Source: an uncultured delta proteobacterium (GTDB lineage: Bacteria; Myxococcota; Myxococcia; Myxococcales; Myxococcaceae). From it: a stretch of DNA of 64,000 nt. This document shows, in pieces, positions 35,991 through 48,817 of the stretch. Under the pieces are notes generated by a model, which did no database searches, had not been told where the DNA came from, and worked only from the letters and a program-made list of their open reading frames with translations. Both the position numbers and the translations under genes were made by a program. How positions within the stretch are numbered: position 1 is the first letter of the stretch; every line of letters starts with the position of its first letter. The stretch is taken from contig CAVYSY010000011.1 in assembly GCA_963771175.1 (NCBI GenBank), positions 96,001-160,000 of the forward strand, read 5' to 3'.

Positions 35991-36621
35991 ATGACCTCCC
36001 CCAAGATTCATCACCCGGGCTGGCTCGTGGCCAGCGGAGTGGCCGCGCTCCTGTGGACCGCGTTGGTCCACGCGAACCCGCCGCGCTTCTTCCTGTGGGC
36101 CGCGCTCTTCTGTGCCGGCTGGAACGCGCTGTCGTGGAAGGCGATGGGCGAGCTGGGGCGGCTGCGGCTCATCCCGAGGCGTGAGGGCCTGCTGTGGGGC
36201 GTGGCTCTCGCGGGAGTGCTGTACGTGGGCTCTCGGGCGGTGCTGTGGGCGCTGTGCGGAGGCTTCTCGGAGTTCCTCTGCAAGCCGCTGATGGATGTCT
36301 ACGCGACGCTTCGGCACGGGCTCGGTGTGGGCGGGACTGGCCCTGGCGCTGGTGATTGCCCCGGCCGAGGAGTTGTTCTGGCGCGGCGTGGTGCAGCAGG
36401 TGCTGCGGCCGAGGCTCGGGAGGGTGGGGTGCGCGGTGGTGGCCGCGGTGCTGTCGAGCCTCTTGCTGCTCGCCTTCGGTGAGCCGCTGCTGGCGCTCGC
36501 GGCGTTCCCCACGTCACTGGCCTGGGGGCTGCTCGCCGAGTGGCGTCACAGCCTCGCCGCCGCGTGGGTGAGTCACTCCCTGTGGGACCTGCTCATCGTC
36601 ATCCTCCTGCCGGCCGTCTGA
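35991..36621 (+). CDS. CPBP/Abi (type II CAAX) intramembrane metalloprotease; frameshift near 36310
   Basis: APAEELFWRG and SHSLWD motifs; multiple TM helices. Confidence 0.8.
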
Positions 36622-37597
36622 GGTACGGCCCCAGTCGAGCCACCCAGCGCTCCTCCCGTGCGGCGAAACCGTGCCGCCGGGCCGCATGGGCCTCTTCCGC
36701 CGCCAGCGTGCGCCGCGCCGCCTCGTCGAAGGGAATGCTCGGCGGGTGGTGCGTCAGCTCGAAATAGCGCGCGTCACGCGGCAGCAGGTCCTGGGTGAGT
36801 CCCTCCACCAGCTCGCGTGCCACCGCGTAGTCCGCGCTCGTCACCAGCTTCAGCCACAGCGAGGACAGGCGCGGTGTCAGCACCGGGAACCGCACCATGA
36901 GGGGGCGCAGTCCTCGCAGCGCCGCGATGTGCTCCAGGATTTCCCGCCCGCTCAGCACCTCCGGGCCCGGGAGGTCGAACCACTCACCGTGCTCGAGCGG
37001 TATCTCCAAGGCGTCCACCAGTGCCCGCACTACGTCCTCCAGCGCGATGGGGCAGGTGCGTGAGCGCAGCCACGAGGGCAACACCATCGCGGGCAGGCGC
37101 AGCGCCAGGTCACGGCAGATGCGCCAGGACGTGGAACCCGGGCCGATGATCATCGACGCGCGCAGTTCCACCGTGGGCACGGGCCCCGCGCGCAGGATTT
37201 CGCCCACCGCGAGCCGGCTCGCCAGGTGGCGCGACGGTGTGCCACGCGGTGCCACCCCTCCGAGGTACACGAGGCGCTTCAGCCCCGCGCGTGCGGCCTC
37301 TTTCGCGAAGGACTCCGCGCTGCGGCGCTCTCGCTCGCGGTAGTCCTCGCCTTTGTCCCCCATGCTGTGGACGAGGTAGTACGCCGCGTCCATTCCCTCC
37401 AGCGCGGGGGCGAGTGTCTCCGGGCGGAGGAGATCGGCCTCCACCCACTCCTCTCGCCCGTTCCGAGGCGCCCGAGCGAGGTGGCGTGTGGTGGCTCGTA
37501 CCTCCAGCCCTCGGGCGAGCAGGGCAGGGCGTAGGGCTCGACCGATGAAGCCCGTGGCTCCCGTTACCAGCACCGTGCGCACCGAGTCGTCAGTCAT
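36599..37597 (-). CDS. NAD(P)H-binding atypical SDR (YbjT-like)
   Basis: TGATGFIG, AYYLVHSM, SRHLASR, ELRASMIIGPGS. Confidence 0.85.
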   Translation of the reverse strand: MTDDSVRTVLVTGATGFIGRALRPALLARGLEVRATTRHLARAPRNGREEWVEADLLRPETLAPALEGMDAAYYLVHSMGDKGEDYRERERRSAESFAKEAARAGLKRLVYLGGVAPRGTPSRHLASRLAVGEILRAGPVPTVELRASMIIGPGSTSWRICRDLALRLPAMVLPSWLRSRTCPIALEDVVRALVDALEIPLEHGEWFDLPGPEVLSGREILEHIAALRGLRPLMVRFPVLTPRLSSLWLKLVTSADYAVARELVEGLTQDLLPRDARYFELTHHPPSIPFDEAARRTLAAEEAHAARRHGFAAREERWVARLGPYLRRPAGG

Positions 37598-37645
37598 GAC
37601 GATCCTACGGTGTGCATGGCCGGGACGGATGGTAGGCCCGCTTGC

Positions 37646-38029
37646 TCAGCCCTGGTAGATCTGGATGAGGTTGCCGCAGGTGTCGTCGAACACGGCGATG
37701 GTGGTCGGCCCCATCTGCGTGGGCTCCGTGCGGAACGCCACGCCCAGCTTCTTCAGGCGTTCGTACTCCTTCTGGGTATCGTCCACGGCGAACGCCGTGA
37801 GCGGTATCCCCTGCTCATGAAGGGCCTTCTGGTAGACCTTCGAGGCGGGGTTCGCGTTCGGCTCCAGGAGCAACTCGACATCATCGTGCCCTTCGGGCGA
37901 GACGACGGTGAGCCACTTGAACTCCCCGACCGGTACGTCGTGCTTCTTCACGAAGCCCAGGACCTCCGTATAGAACTTGAGGGCCTTCTCCTGGTCGTCG
38001 ACCATGACGCTGCTGAGCTTGATCTTCAT
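37646..38029 (-). CDS. VOC/glyoxalase family protein
   Basis: VDDQEKALKFYTEVLGF...FDDTCGNLIQI. Confidence 0.9.
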   Translation of the reverse strand: MKIKLSSVMVDDQEKALKFYTEVLGFVKKHDVPVGEFKWLTVVSPEGHDDVELLLEPNANPASKVYQKALHEQGIPLTAFAVDDTQKEYERLKKLGVAFRTEPTQMGPTTIAVFDDTCGNLIQIYQG

Positions 38030-38127
38030 GGCGCGACGGTGGCAGCCCACGCGTCAAGCTGTCCAGCGAAGAACCGGGATGCCCCAAGTGCGATCCGCCG
38101 CGGCTGTCATGAGGTAAAAGGTCCGCC

Positions 38128-39861
38128 ATGATCCGCGAACTCCTCTCCCTCGCCGCCGCCGCGGTGCTCCTCGCGAGCCCGGCCGGCGCCGCCGAGAAGC
38201 AGCCCGAGACCTCCCGTATGCCCACTGCCCCCGAGCTCAAGCGCGCCACGGCCCGTTTCGCCCCCGTCGACATCCAGGCCGACGTCTCGAAGCTCCCCGA
38301 GAACGAGCGCCGGGCCCTCGCGAAGATGGTCCAGGCCGCGAAGCTCATGGACTCGCTCTTCCTGCGCCAGGTGTGGGCCGGCAACGAGACGCTCCTGCTC
38401 GACCTGCTGAAGGACAACTCCCCGCTCGGCCGGCGCGGCTGCACGCCTTCCTCCTCAACAAGGGCCCGTGGTCCCGGCTCGACCACAACGCGCCGTTCGT
38501 CCCCGGCGTCGCCGCCGAAGCCCGAGGCCGGCAACTTCTACCCGGCCGGCGCCACCAAGGCCGAGATCGAGGCCTGGGTGAAGTCGCTCCCCGAGGCGCA
38601 GCAGCGCGAGGCCACCGGCTTCTTCACCACCATCCGCCGCGACCCGGACGGCAAGCTCGTCGCCGTGCCCTACAGCGTCGAGTACCAGGGCGAGCTCGCG
38701 CGCGGCGGCGCGAGCTGCTGCGCGAGGCCGCGGCGCTCACCACGCAGCCGACGCTGAAGGCCTTCCTCGAGAAGCGCGCCGAGGCGCTTCCTCACCAACG
38801 ACTACTACGCGAGCGACGTGGCCTGGATGGAGCTCGACGCCAGCGTCGAGCCCACCATCGGGCCCTACGAGGTCTACGAGGACGAGTGGTTCAACTACAA
38901 GGCCGCCTTCGAGGCCTTCATCGCGCGTGCGCGACGACGCGGAGACGGCAGAAGCTCGCGAAGTTCAGCGGCGAGCTGCAGGAGCTCGAGAACACACCTG
39001 CCCATCGACCCGCAGCTGCGCAACCCGAAGCTCGGCGCGCTCGCGCCCATCCGCGTGGTCAACAGCATCTTCTCCTCGGGCGACGCCAACCGCGGCGTGC
39101 AGACCGCGGCCTTCAACCTGCCCAACGACGAGCGCGTCGGCGGCCGAGAAGGGCACCAAGCGCGTGATGCTCAAGAACGTCCAGGAGGCCAAGTTCAACC
39201 GAGGTGCTGATGCCCATCACCGCAGGTGGCGCTCGCCCCGACGGACCGCAAGGACGTCTCCTTCGACGCCTTCTTCACCCACATCCTCATGCACGAGCTG
39301 ATGCACGGCCTCGGGCCCCACAACATCACCGTGGAGCGGCAAGCAGACCACGGTGCGCCAGGCGCTCCAGGACGTCCTACCAGCGCCATCGAGGAGGCCA
39401 AGGCCGACATCTCCGGCCTCTGGGCCCTGCAGCACCTCGTGGACAAGGGCGTCATCGGCAAGGACCTGGAGCGCACCATGTACACCACGTTCCTGGCCTC
39501 GGCGTTCCGCTCCATCCGCTTCGGCATCAACGAGGCGCACGGCAAGGGCATGGCGCTGCAGCTCAACCACTTCCTCGACACCGGCGCGGTGGTGGTGAAC
39601 AAGGACGGCACCTTCGCCGTGGTGCCGGGGAAGATTCGCGAGTCCGTCACCTCCCTGACGAAGCAGCTCATGGAGCTGCAGGCCGCCGGCGACCGCGCCT
39701 CCGCCGAGTCGCTGCTCGCGAAGATGGGCGTGGTGCGTCCCGAGGTGAAGCGCGTGCTGGACAGGCTGGAGAAGGTCCCCGTGGACATCGAGCCGCGCTA
39801 CGTCACCGCCGAGAAGCTCGCGCTGGAGCTCGGCGGGGCCTCGGAGCCGGCGAAGAAGTAG
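38128..39861 (+). CDS. Secreted M49-family (dipeptidyl peptidase III-like) metallopeptidase; several frameshifts
   Basis: Signal peptide; NKGPWSRLD, IGPYEVYED, QTAAFNLPNDE, HELMHGLGP, EEAKADI. Confidence 0.85.
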
Positions 39862-39884
39862 GCGTGCGCGGCGGGGGGCGGGTG

Positions 39885-40662
39885 ATGAAGAAGATGGAGC
39901 GGATGCGGAGTCAGGTCCCTCGAGATCCCTGGGGTGTCCTCATCGCGCTGAGCATTCTCGGCGCGTGGGTGGGTCATTCTCGTCTGGCTTCTGGTGGGGG
40001 CCGACCTGTCGCTCGCCTCGCCGCTCACGTACTTCCACATCGCCCTGCAGGCGTACCTGTGTACCGGCCTGTTCATCACCGGCCATGACGCGATGCATGG
40101 CACGGTGAGCCGCCACCGGTGGGTGAACCAGAGCGTGGGCACGGTCGCCTGCTTCCTCTTCGCCGGGCTCTCCTACCGGCGGCTGGTGGTCAACCACCGC
40201 GCCCACCACATCGACCCCACCGGCCTGGACGACCCGGACTTCTCCACTCGCACCCAGTCCTTCTGGCCGTGGTTCGCCACCTTCATGTGGCGCTACACCA
40301 CCTGGACGCAGATCCTCGTGATGGCGGCCAAGTTCAACGTGTTGCAGTTCCTGGGCGTGGCGCAGTGGCGGATCGTGGCCTTCTGGGTGGCGCCCGCGCT
40401 GCTCGGCACGGTGCAGCTCTTCTTCTTCGGCACCTTCATGCCCCACCGGCGGCCGGACACCCCGGACATGGTGCCCCACCATGCGCGCTCCCTGCCGCGC
40501 AACCACCTGTGGGCCATGCTCTCCTGCTACTTCTTCGGCTACCACTGGGAGCACCACCAGTCGCCCTCCACTCCCTGGTGGCGGCTGTGGCGGATGCGGG
40601 ATGCCCGGGCCCTCGCCGAGCGGGAGCCCGCTGCCCGCCAGGTCTCCCCGCCCCCGCTGTAA
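39885..40662 (+). CDS. crtW: Beta-carotene ketolase CrtW-like (fatty-acid desaturase superfamily); frameshift near 39985
   Basis: TGLFITGHDAMHG, HRAHH, QLFFFGTFMPHR, SCYFFGYHWEHH..PWWRL: the CrtW His boxes. Confidence 0.8.
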
Positions 40663-40695
40663 CCGGAAATCCGCTTCCGGCGTTATGAAGGGACC

Positions 40696-41685
<990 letters not shown>

Positions 41686-41687
41686 CC

Positions 41688-42311
41688 ATGGCTTCCCCTC
41701 CGTACCCTTGGCTCAAGCAGGCCTTCCTCGTGGGCGGCCTCTCCCCGCTGGCCCTCCTCGCCCTGGGGTTCTGGCGGGACACCCTCGGCGCCAACCCGAT
41801 CGAGCGCGTGCTCAACCAGACGGGGATGCTCGCCCTCATCCTGCTGGTGGCCTCGCTCGCGTGTACGCCACTGAAGGTGGTGGCCGGGTGGACGTGGCCC
41901 ATGCGCCTGCGCAAGTTGCTGGGCCTGCTGGGCTTCGCCTACGCCGTGCTGCACTTCCTCACGTACACGGTGGTGGACCAGGGGCTGGACTTCCCCATCA
42001 TCCTCGAGGACATCGCCAAGCGGCCCTTCATCACCGTGGGCTTCCTCGCGCTGGTGCTGCTGGTTCCGCTGGCCGTCACCAGCACGAATCGCATGGTGCG
42101 CCGCCTGGGCTTTCCCGTCTGGCAGCGGTTGCACCGGCTGGCCTATGTGGCGGCCTCGCTGGGCGTGGTGCACTTCGTCTGGCGCGTGAAGAAGGACCTC
42201 ACCGAGCCGCTCGTGTATGGCGCGGTGCTGGCGCTGCTCTTCGCCGTCCGTCTCGTCGAGTCGCTGCGCAAGCGGCGGGCGCGAGCTGGGGCCGCCCTCC
42301 CGGTCTCCTGA
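41688..42311 (+). CDS. msrQ: Heme-binding membrane subunit MsrQ
   Basis: LGANP, RKLLGL...YAVLH, KRPFITVG, WQRLHRLAY; 2 bp after msrP. Confidence 0.93.
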   Translation: MASPPYPWLKQAFLVGGLSPLALLALGFWRDTLGANPIERVLNQTGMLALILLVASLACTPLKVVAGWTWPMRLRKLLGLLGFAYAVLHFLTYTVVDQGLDFPIILEDIAKRPFITVGFLALVLLVPLAVTSTNRMVRRLGFPVWQRLHRLAYVAASLGVVHFVWRVKKDLTEPLVYGAVLALLFAVRLVESLRKRRARAGAALPVS

Positions 42312-42379
42312 CGCCACCTGAGCGCTCGGCGTGCCCGCCTCCCTCACTCAGGGGAGGCGGCGCACCACCGGCTCGGGGA

Positions 42380-43054
42380 TCAGCCCTTCTTCGGGGGCGG
42401 GAGGATGGTGTCCACCAGCGTCATGAGCTGGGCGCAGCTCACCGGCTTGCGCACGAAGGCGTTGATGCCGGCCTTCTGGCCCTTGTTGCGGACCTCGGCG
42501 GCGTTCGCATCGCCCGTCATCATCAGGATGGGAATCTTGGACACCTTCATGTTGCGGTGGCCACGCACCGTCGCCGCGAAGTCCGCCCCGTTCATCCCGT
42601 CCATGTGGAAGTCGGTGAGGATGAGGTCCACCGGCTGCCCGTCCAGCACCTTCAGCGCCGCCTCGGCCGACTCGGCCTCGATGTACTCGAAGGAGCGCGC
42701 CATCAGGTAGATCTTCAGCAGCGTGCGGATGGAGCGGCTGTCATCCACCAGCAGCACGCGCTGCGCCTGCACCCCGGGCTCCGGACGCGCGAAGGGACGC
42801 GTCTCCGGAGCGGGGGGAGTGGAGGTGGCGTGGGCCGCGAAGGCCTTCGCCGTCTCGGAGCTGAGCCCGCCGAAGGGGCGTGCCGGCTCCGTGGGCTGGG
42901 CGGGCGTTCCGGTGACGGGGGTGATGGCGGGTCGAGCGCGCGCCGGTTCGGTGCCGGGGGCAGCAACGAACGGCCGCGTCGGCTCCGCTGGAGCCGCCGT
43001 GGAACGTGGCGATGTCGTCGCCGCTGCTTCGGGCACAACCGTTGCCGGCTTCAT
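42380..43054 (-). CDS. Response regulator: C-terminal receiver with a Pro/Ala/Thr-rich N-terminal extension
   Basis: VLLVDD, LTDFHMDGMNG, MMTG, FVRKP. Start uncertain. Confidence 0.8.
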   Translation of the reverse strand: MKPATVVPEAAATTSPRSTAAPAEPTRPFVAAPGTEPARARPAITPVTGTPAQPTEPARPFGGLSSETAKAFAAHATSTPPAPETRPFARPEPGVQAQRVLLVDDSRSIRTLLKIYLMARSFEYIEAESAEAALKVLDGQPVDLILTDFHMDGMNGADFAATVRGHRNMKVSKIPILMMTGDANAAEVRNKGQKAGINAFVRKPVSCAQLMTLVDTILPPPKKG

Positions 43055-43160
43055 TGGAGAGTCTCCCTGCACTGTCCCCCCTCCGCGTGCTACCGGAATA
43101 CCGAGATTCCGATATGTTGGCCGACGGACAGCATGAAGTCAAAGAGGAGCGGTGCGCGTA

Positions 43161-44411
43161 TCACGGCACTTCTAGCACGAAGGATTGGCTCTCCACGGAG
43201 GGCAGGCCGCGCTCGGTCGCCAGGAGAGGGGACAGCTCGTTGGGGACGCGCCACGTCTGGCCGGTGAACTGGACGAGCGTGAGGGCGTAGCGCCCCCGGG
43301 GCACGGACTGGAGCAGTACCGGGTTGCGCGGCTCTCGCGCGTCGAGCGCCCTGGGCAGCACCAGCACCCCCAGCGAAGGCACGGCCACGGGCTCCATGCG
43401 CGGGGTGCCGTCGGGCTTGCGGAGGGCATCCAGCAGCGCCGGATCGGGCGCCAGCCCCGCGGCGAGCACCACCTGGTCCGGCAGCCCGTCGCTCGTGCCG
43501 TCGGTCCGGGTGTAGTCCACGCCCTCGGAGTCGAGGAGGCCGTTGCGGTCGAGGTCATTCTCGTCGGCGAGCCTCTGCGTCTCGGTGAGCCCCTGGCCGT
43601 CCGTCAGTTTGCGCAGCACCACCTTCGGCCAGAGGTCCGGCTGGCCGTCGCCATTGGCGTCGTCGGGGACTCCGTTTCCGTCCTCGTCCACGTAGCGCAC
43701 GAGGAGGGCGGGAGAGCGCACGTCCACCACGCCCTCGCGCACCTGCAGGGGTCGCAGCTCCAGCCGCTTGGGGCCCGCCGCCGGGTCGAGGCGGGAGTCT
43801 CCCACCACCTGGAAGGCGGGCCGTTCGGGCACGGTGCTCGTCGAGTCGCTGAAGCTCACGGTGACGCCGGTGGTGGCCTGGAGGGCACCGTCCGGGCCCG
43901 CGGCCACCTCCACCAGGCGTGGGGCGCGGGTGATGGCGTCCACCGCGGCGCCGCCCACGTCTCCGGCGTTGGGCTCGCCGGTGACGCTGTACCAGGGGAT
44001 GAAGTCCGGGCCATGGCAGGGCTGCGCGCCCGAGCGGCACGTGTCCACGTCGATGAAGCCGCGCAGCAGGTAGCGCCCCGGAGCCACCAGGGTGAAGGTG
44101 AAGGGCGCGGTGAAGGGACCGGCGGTGCTCGTGTCCCCCAACGACGGGCCAAAGAGCTGCTCGGCGGGGATGACGGTGAAGGACAGCGGGCGACCCGAGC
44201 CCTGGGGCGGGGGCGGGCGCTCGGCGTCGTAGAGCAGGACGATGGCGTTGCCGCGGGCGCGGCTCTGCACCACCACGTTGCCCTCGATGCGCGAGAGCTG
44301 CTGGTTCTGCCGCCGGTCCGCGGTGGGCACCACGGGAGGAGGCTCGCAGCCGGTGGCGAGCATGGACGCGAGGGTCAGGCCCACCAGTGTCTTCTGGCAG
44401 GAGGAGCTCAT
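43161..44411 (-). CDS. Putative lipoprotein with Ca-binding DxDxNG-type motifs
   Basis: Lipobox LATGC; DEDGNGVPDDANGDGQPD and DLDRNGLLD; 4-bp overlap with the TonB-dependent receptor. Confidence 0.75.
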   Translation of the reverse strand: MSSSCQKTLVGLTLASMLATGCEPPPVVPTADRRQNQQLSRIEGNVVVQSRARGNAIVLLYDAERPPPPQGSGRPLSFTVIPAEQLFGPSLGDTSTAGPFTAPFTFTLVAPGRYLLRGFIDVDTCRSGAQPCHGPDFIPWYSVTGEPNAGDVGGAAVDAITRAPRLVEVAAGPDGALQATTGVTVSFSDSTSTVPERPAFQVVGDSRLDPAAGPKRLELRPLQVREGVVDVRSPALLVRYVDEDGNGVPDDANGDGQPDLWPKVVLRKLTDGQGLTETQRLADENDLDRNGLLDSEGVDYTRTDGTSDGLPDQVVLAAGLAPDPALLDALRKPDGTPRMEPVAVPSLGVLVLPRALDAREPRNPVLLQSVPRGRYALTLVQFTGQTWRVPNELSPLLATERGLPSVESQSFVLEVP

Positions 44412-46945
44412 GGAGTCACCGTCAGGATGGCGAGCACGCGGCGCTCGATGCGGTTGCCGAAGGGGTGCTGGTTGTGCGCGGGGCCCAGGTGCGAGCCCAC
44501 CAGCGCCACCGACACATGGTCCTTCACCGGCGAGTAGCCCACGCGGGCGTTGACGACGGCGTAGGCCGACAGCGGGTTGGCCAGGGGCTCGATACGGGTG
44601 GGGTCCTCCGCCGCGGGCTCACGCTCCACCCAGGTGGTGGCGGACGTCCAGGCCGCGTCCACGCTCAGCTCCAGCGCCGAGCGCGTGCGGTAGGTGACGC
44701 CGCCGAACAGCTTGAGCTGGGGCGCCTGGCTGCAGGGGCCGCACAGGCCCTCCTCGCCATCGGACGTCATCTGCTGGAAGGCCGCGGTGGCCTTGATGCC
44801 CAGGCCATCCACGGGCGCCAGGGACACGCCGGCCTCGGCGCCGCGTGCGGTGTAGACGGCCGCCTCGTTCTGGAAGACCGAGCGACCCAGCAGGTATGTG
44901 CCCGTGGCCGCGTCCCACGAGTCGCCCGCCGGCAGCGGCTGCACGGCGGACAGGTGGATGAGGTCCCTCACCGTGTTCTGGTAGAGGGCCACATCCCAGT
45001 CCATGCCGAGCTCGGGGGCCTCGCCGCGGTAGCCCAGCTCGAAGGCCAGCATCCGCTCGGCGCGCAGGGCCGTGTTGCCGGTGGAGAGCGCGCTGGCGCC
45101 GGTGACTCCGGGAATGGGGATGCGCACGCCCATGTAGCTTTCCAGGAACGTGGGCTCACGGAAGGCCGAGGCCGCGCTGGCGCGGAAGGCGTGCCCCTCG
45201 AAGGGCAGGAAGAGGGCGGACACGCGCGGCGAGTGGGCCAGGCCCGGCTTGCCACCATCGAGCAGCGGGTGCCGGTCCACGCGGTAGGAGGCCACCACGC
45301 GGAAGGGCTGGGCCAGGCGCCACTCGTCCTGGATGAAGGCCGCGGCGTGGAACTCCTGGCGCAGCGGGCCCAGGTAGTCCCAGGCCACGCGCTTGATGCG
45401 GCCCTCCACGCCCAGGTTCACCTGGTGCTCACCCAGCAACTGGAAGCCCTGGCTGAAGAGCGCCTCGCCATTGAAGACGTTGGAGGTGACGCGCGTGGCC
45501 AGTGAGCGCTGGCCCATCGCCTCGTACTGAGGACCCGCGTCCACGGACAGGTGGTTCCAGAAGGCCTTCACCTTCAGCGGCCCCAGCCCCGCGTCCGCCT
45601 TGGCGAAGGCGCTCACCCCGTCCAGGAAGTAGTTGCGGAGCACTCCCAGCGGGTAGATCTCCGTGTAGAAGCGGTTGATGCCGCCGGACAGGCCCAGCTC
45701 GGTGCCCGAGTCGAGCTGGTAGACGGTGGCGAGGCTGCCGCGCGCGCTGCGCAGGCCCAGTTCCTTCTCGGGGTCACCCACCGTCATGTCGGGCCGGTCG
45801 TCCGCGAAGTCGCGGCTCCACTTGTCGGCCTGCGAGTACGCCGCCGAGGCGCGATAGCGCAGCCCCCCCGCGCTCCCGTGGCTCACGAAGCTGCCACCCG
45901 CGGCGTTGCCGTTGCCAACGGAGGCCTGGAAGCGCGCGCGCGGACCGGTGCCCGGGGCCCGGGTGATGATGTTCACCACGCCCAGCATGGCGTTGGCGCC
46001 GTACAGCGCGCTGCCCGGGCCGCGGATGACCTCGATGCGCTCGATGTCGGCCATATCCACCGGCATGGATGACCAGAGCGTCATGCCCAGGAAGTCCTGG
46101 TACTCGGTGCGGCCGTCCACCAGCACCAGCACCTTGTTGGCGATGCGCTCGTTGAAGCCGCGCAGCGACACGTTGGCGCTGCCCTGCCCGAGCATCATCA
46201 CCTCGGCGCCCGGCACGCGGCGCAGCAGCTCCGGCAGCGTGGTGGCGCCGGAGAGGCGGATGTCCTCGGCGGTGATGACGGAGGTGGCGTTGGGCGCCTC
46301 CAGCGAGGACTGGGCGCGGCGGCTCGCCGTCACCACGCGCTCCTCGTAGGGCACCGCGCCCTCGTCCTCGTCGGACGAGGCGGCCACGCCCTCCGGGCCG
46401 GCGGCCTCGATGGCGGACGACGCGGGCTGCTGCGCGGACGCGGGCTGCGGCGTGGTGGGCAGGGACTCGGCGCGGGCGATGGCCTTCTCCAGCCGCTCCA
46501 CCAGCACCGCGAGCGTCCTGGCCGCGTCGGCACCGGGCGCCGCGGGCATGGGCGGCAGCACGGGCTTCTTCCCGGGCTCTGGCTCGGCCTGCTTCGTCGC
46601 CTCGGTGGCCTTCCGCGCCTCCTCCAGGCTCGCCAGTGCGGCCAGCACGGGCGCCGTGTCCGGCGGGTTGGTGGCGAGGTAGCGCTGGTAGGCGTCCATC
46701 GCCTCGTTCACACGGCCCGCGTCCTGGTAGGCGCGAGCGATGTTGTAGAGGACGTTGGGGTGCGGCTTGATGAGGTAGGCGGCATCCAGCTCGGCAATGC
46801 CCTGGTCGTACTTCCCCTGGGCAATGAGGCTCATGCCGTTACGAAAATGGCGGCGGGCCTCCAGCCGCGCGTCGCCGAGGGCAGTCCCCGCGTACAGCAC
46901 CAACGCGAGGGTGCTCGCTCGCTTCCAGGCGGTCGGGTTCATCAC
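44408..46945 (-). CDS. TonB-dependent receptor with N-terminal TPR domain
   Basis: Signal peptide; TPR (ARRHFRNG...PHPNVLYNIARAY); plug motifs VVTASR, LRRVPG, VLVDGR, IERIEVIRGPGSALYGANAMLGVVNIIT; beta-barrel. Confidence 0.9.
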   Translation of the reverse strand: MMNPTAWKRASTLALVLYAGTALGDARLEARRHFRNGMSLIAQGKYDQGIAELDAAYLIKPHPNVLYNIARAYQDAGRVNEAMDAYQRYLATNPPDTAPVLAALASLEEARKATEATKQAEPEPGKKPVLPPMPAAPGADAARTLAVLVERLEKAIARAESLPTTPQPASAQQPASSAIEAAGPEGVAASSDEDEGAVPYEERVVTASRRAQSSLEAPNATSVITAEDIRLSGATTLPELLRRVPGAEVMMLGQGSANVSLRGFNERIANKVLVLVDGRTEYQDFLGMTLWSSMPVDMADIERIEVIRGPGSALYGANAMLGVVNIITRAPGTGPRARFQASVGNGNAAGGSFVSHGSAGGLRYRASAAYSQADKWSRDFADDRPDMTVGDPEKELGLRSARGSLATVYQLDSGTELGLSGGINRFYTEIYPLGVLRNYFLDGVSAFAKADAGLGPLKVKAFWNHLSVDAGPQYEAMGQRSLATRVTSNVFNGEALFSQGFQLLGEHQVNLGVEGRIKRVAWDYLGPLRQEFHAAAFIQDEWRLAQPFRVVASYRVDRHPLLDGGKPGLAHSPRVSALFLPFEGHAFRASAASAFREPTFLESYMGVRIPIPGVTGASALSTGNTALRAERMLAFELGYRGEAPELGMDWDVALYQNTVRDLIHLSAVQPLPAGDSWDAATGTYLLGRSVFQNEAAVYTARGAEAGVSLAPVDGLGIKATAAFQQMTSDGEEGLCGPCSQAPQLKLFGGVTYRTRSALELSVDAAWTSATTWVEREPAAEDPTRIEPLANPLSAYAVVNARVGYSPVKDHVSVALVGSHLGPAHNQHPFGNRIERRVLAILTVTP

Positions 46946-46950
46946 GAGTC

Positions 46951-48585
<1,635 letters not shown>

Positions 48586-48817
48586 GAGCTCCCCCGCCGC
48601 CCGCCGGGTGGGCAGGGCGAAATGTGACCTTTCCCGTATGCTACCATCAGACCATCCAGCACCGAAAAGTCGGGGCGGCTGAAAGCGCGCGCCGAGAACC
48701 CCGACAATACGGCCCTGGCGGAGATTCGTCATGTGTTGGACGGGTTCACCGCCCGCGTCCTGGCGTGACGCGCTGCGTTGCCATGGCGCGCTGCGCGTCG
48801 ACGGGCCGCGCCAGGGC

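Noticed and set aside
35991..36621. CPBP protease as the myxosortase for the MYXO-CTERM protein at 22.9-24.2 kb
   Set aside because: Only generic CPBP motifs are visible, and it lies 12 kb away in a different gene context; the subfamily cannot be assigned without an HMM.
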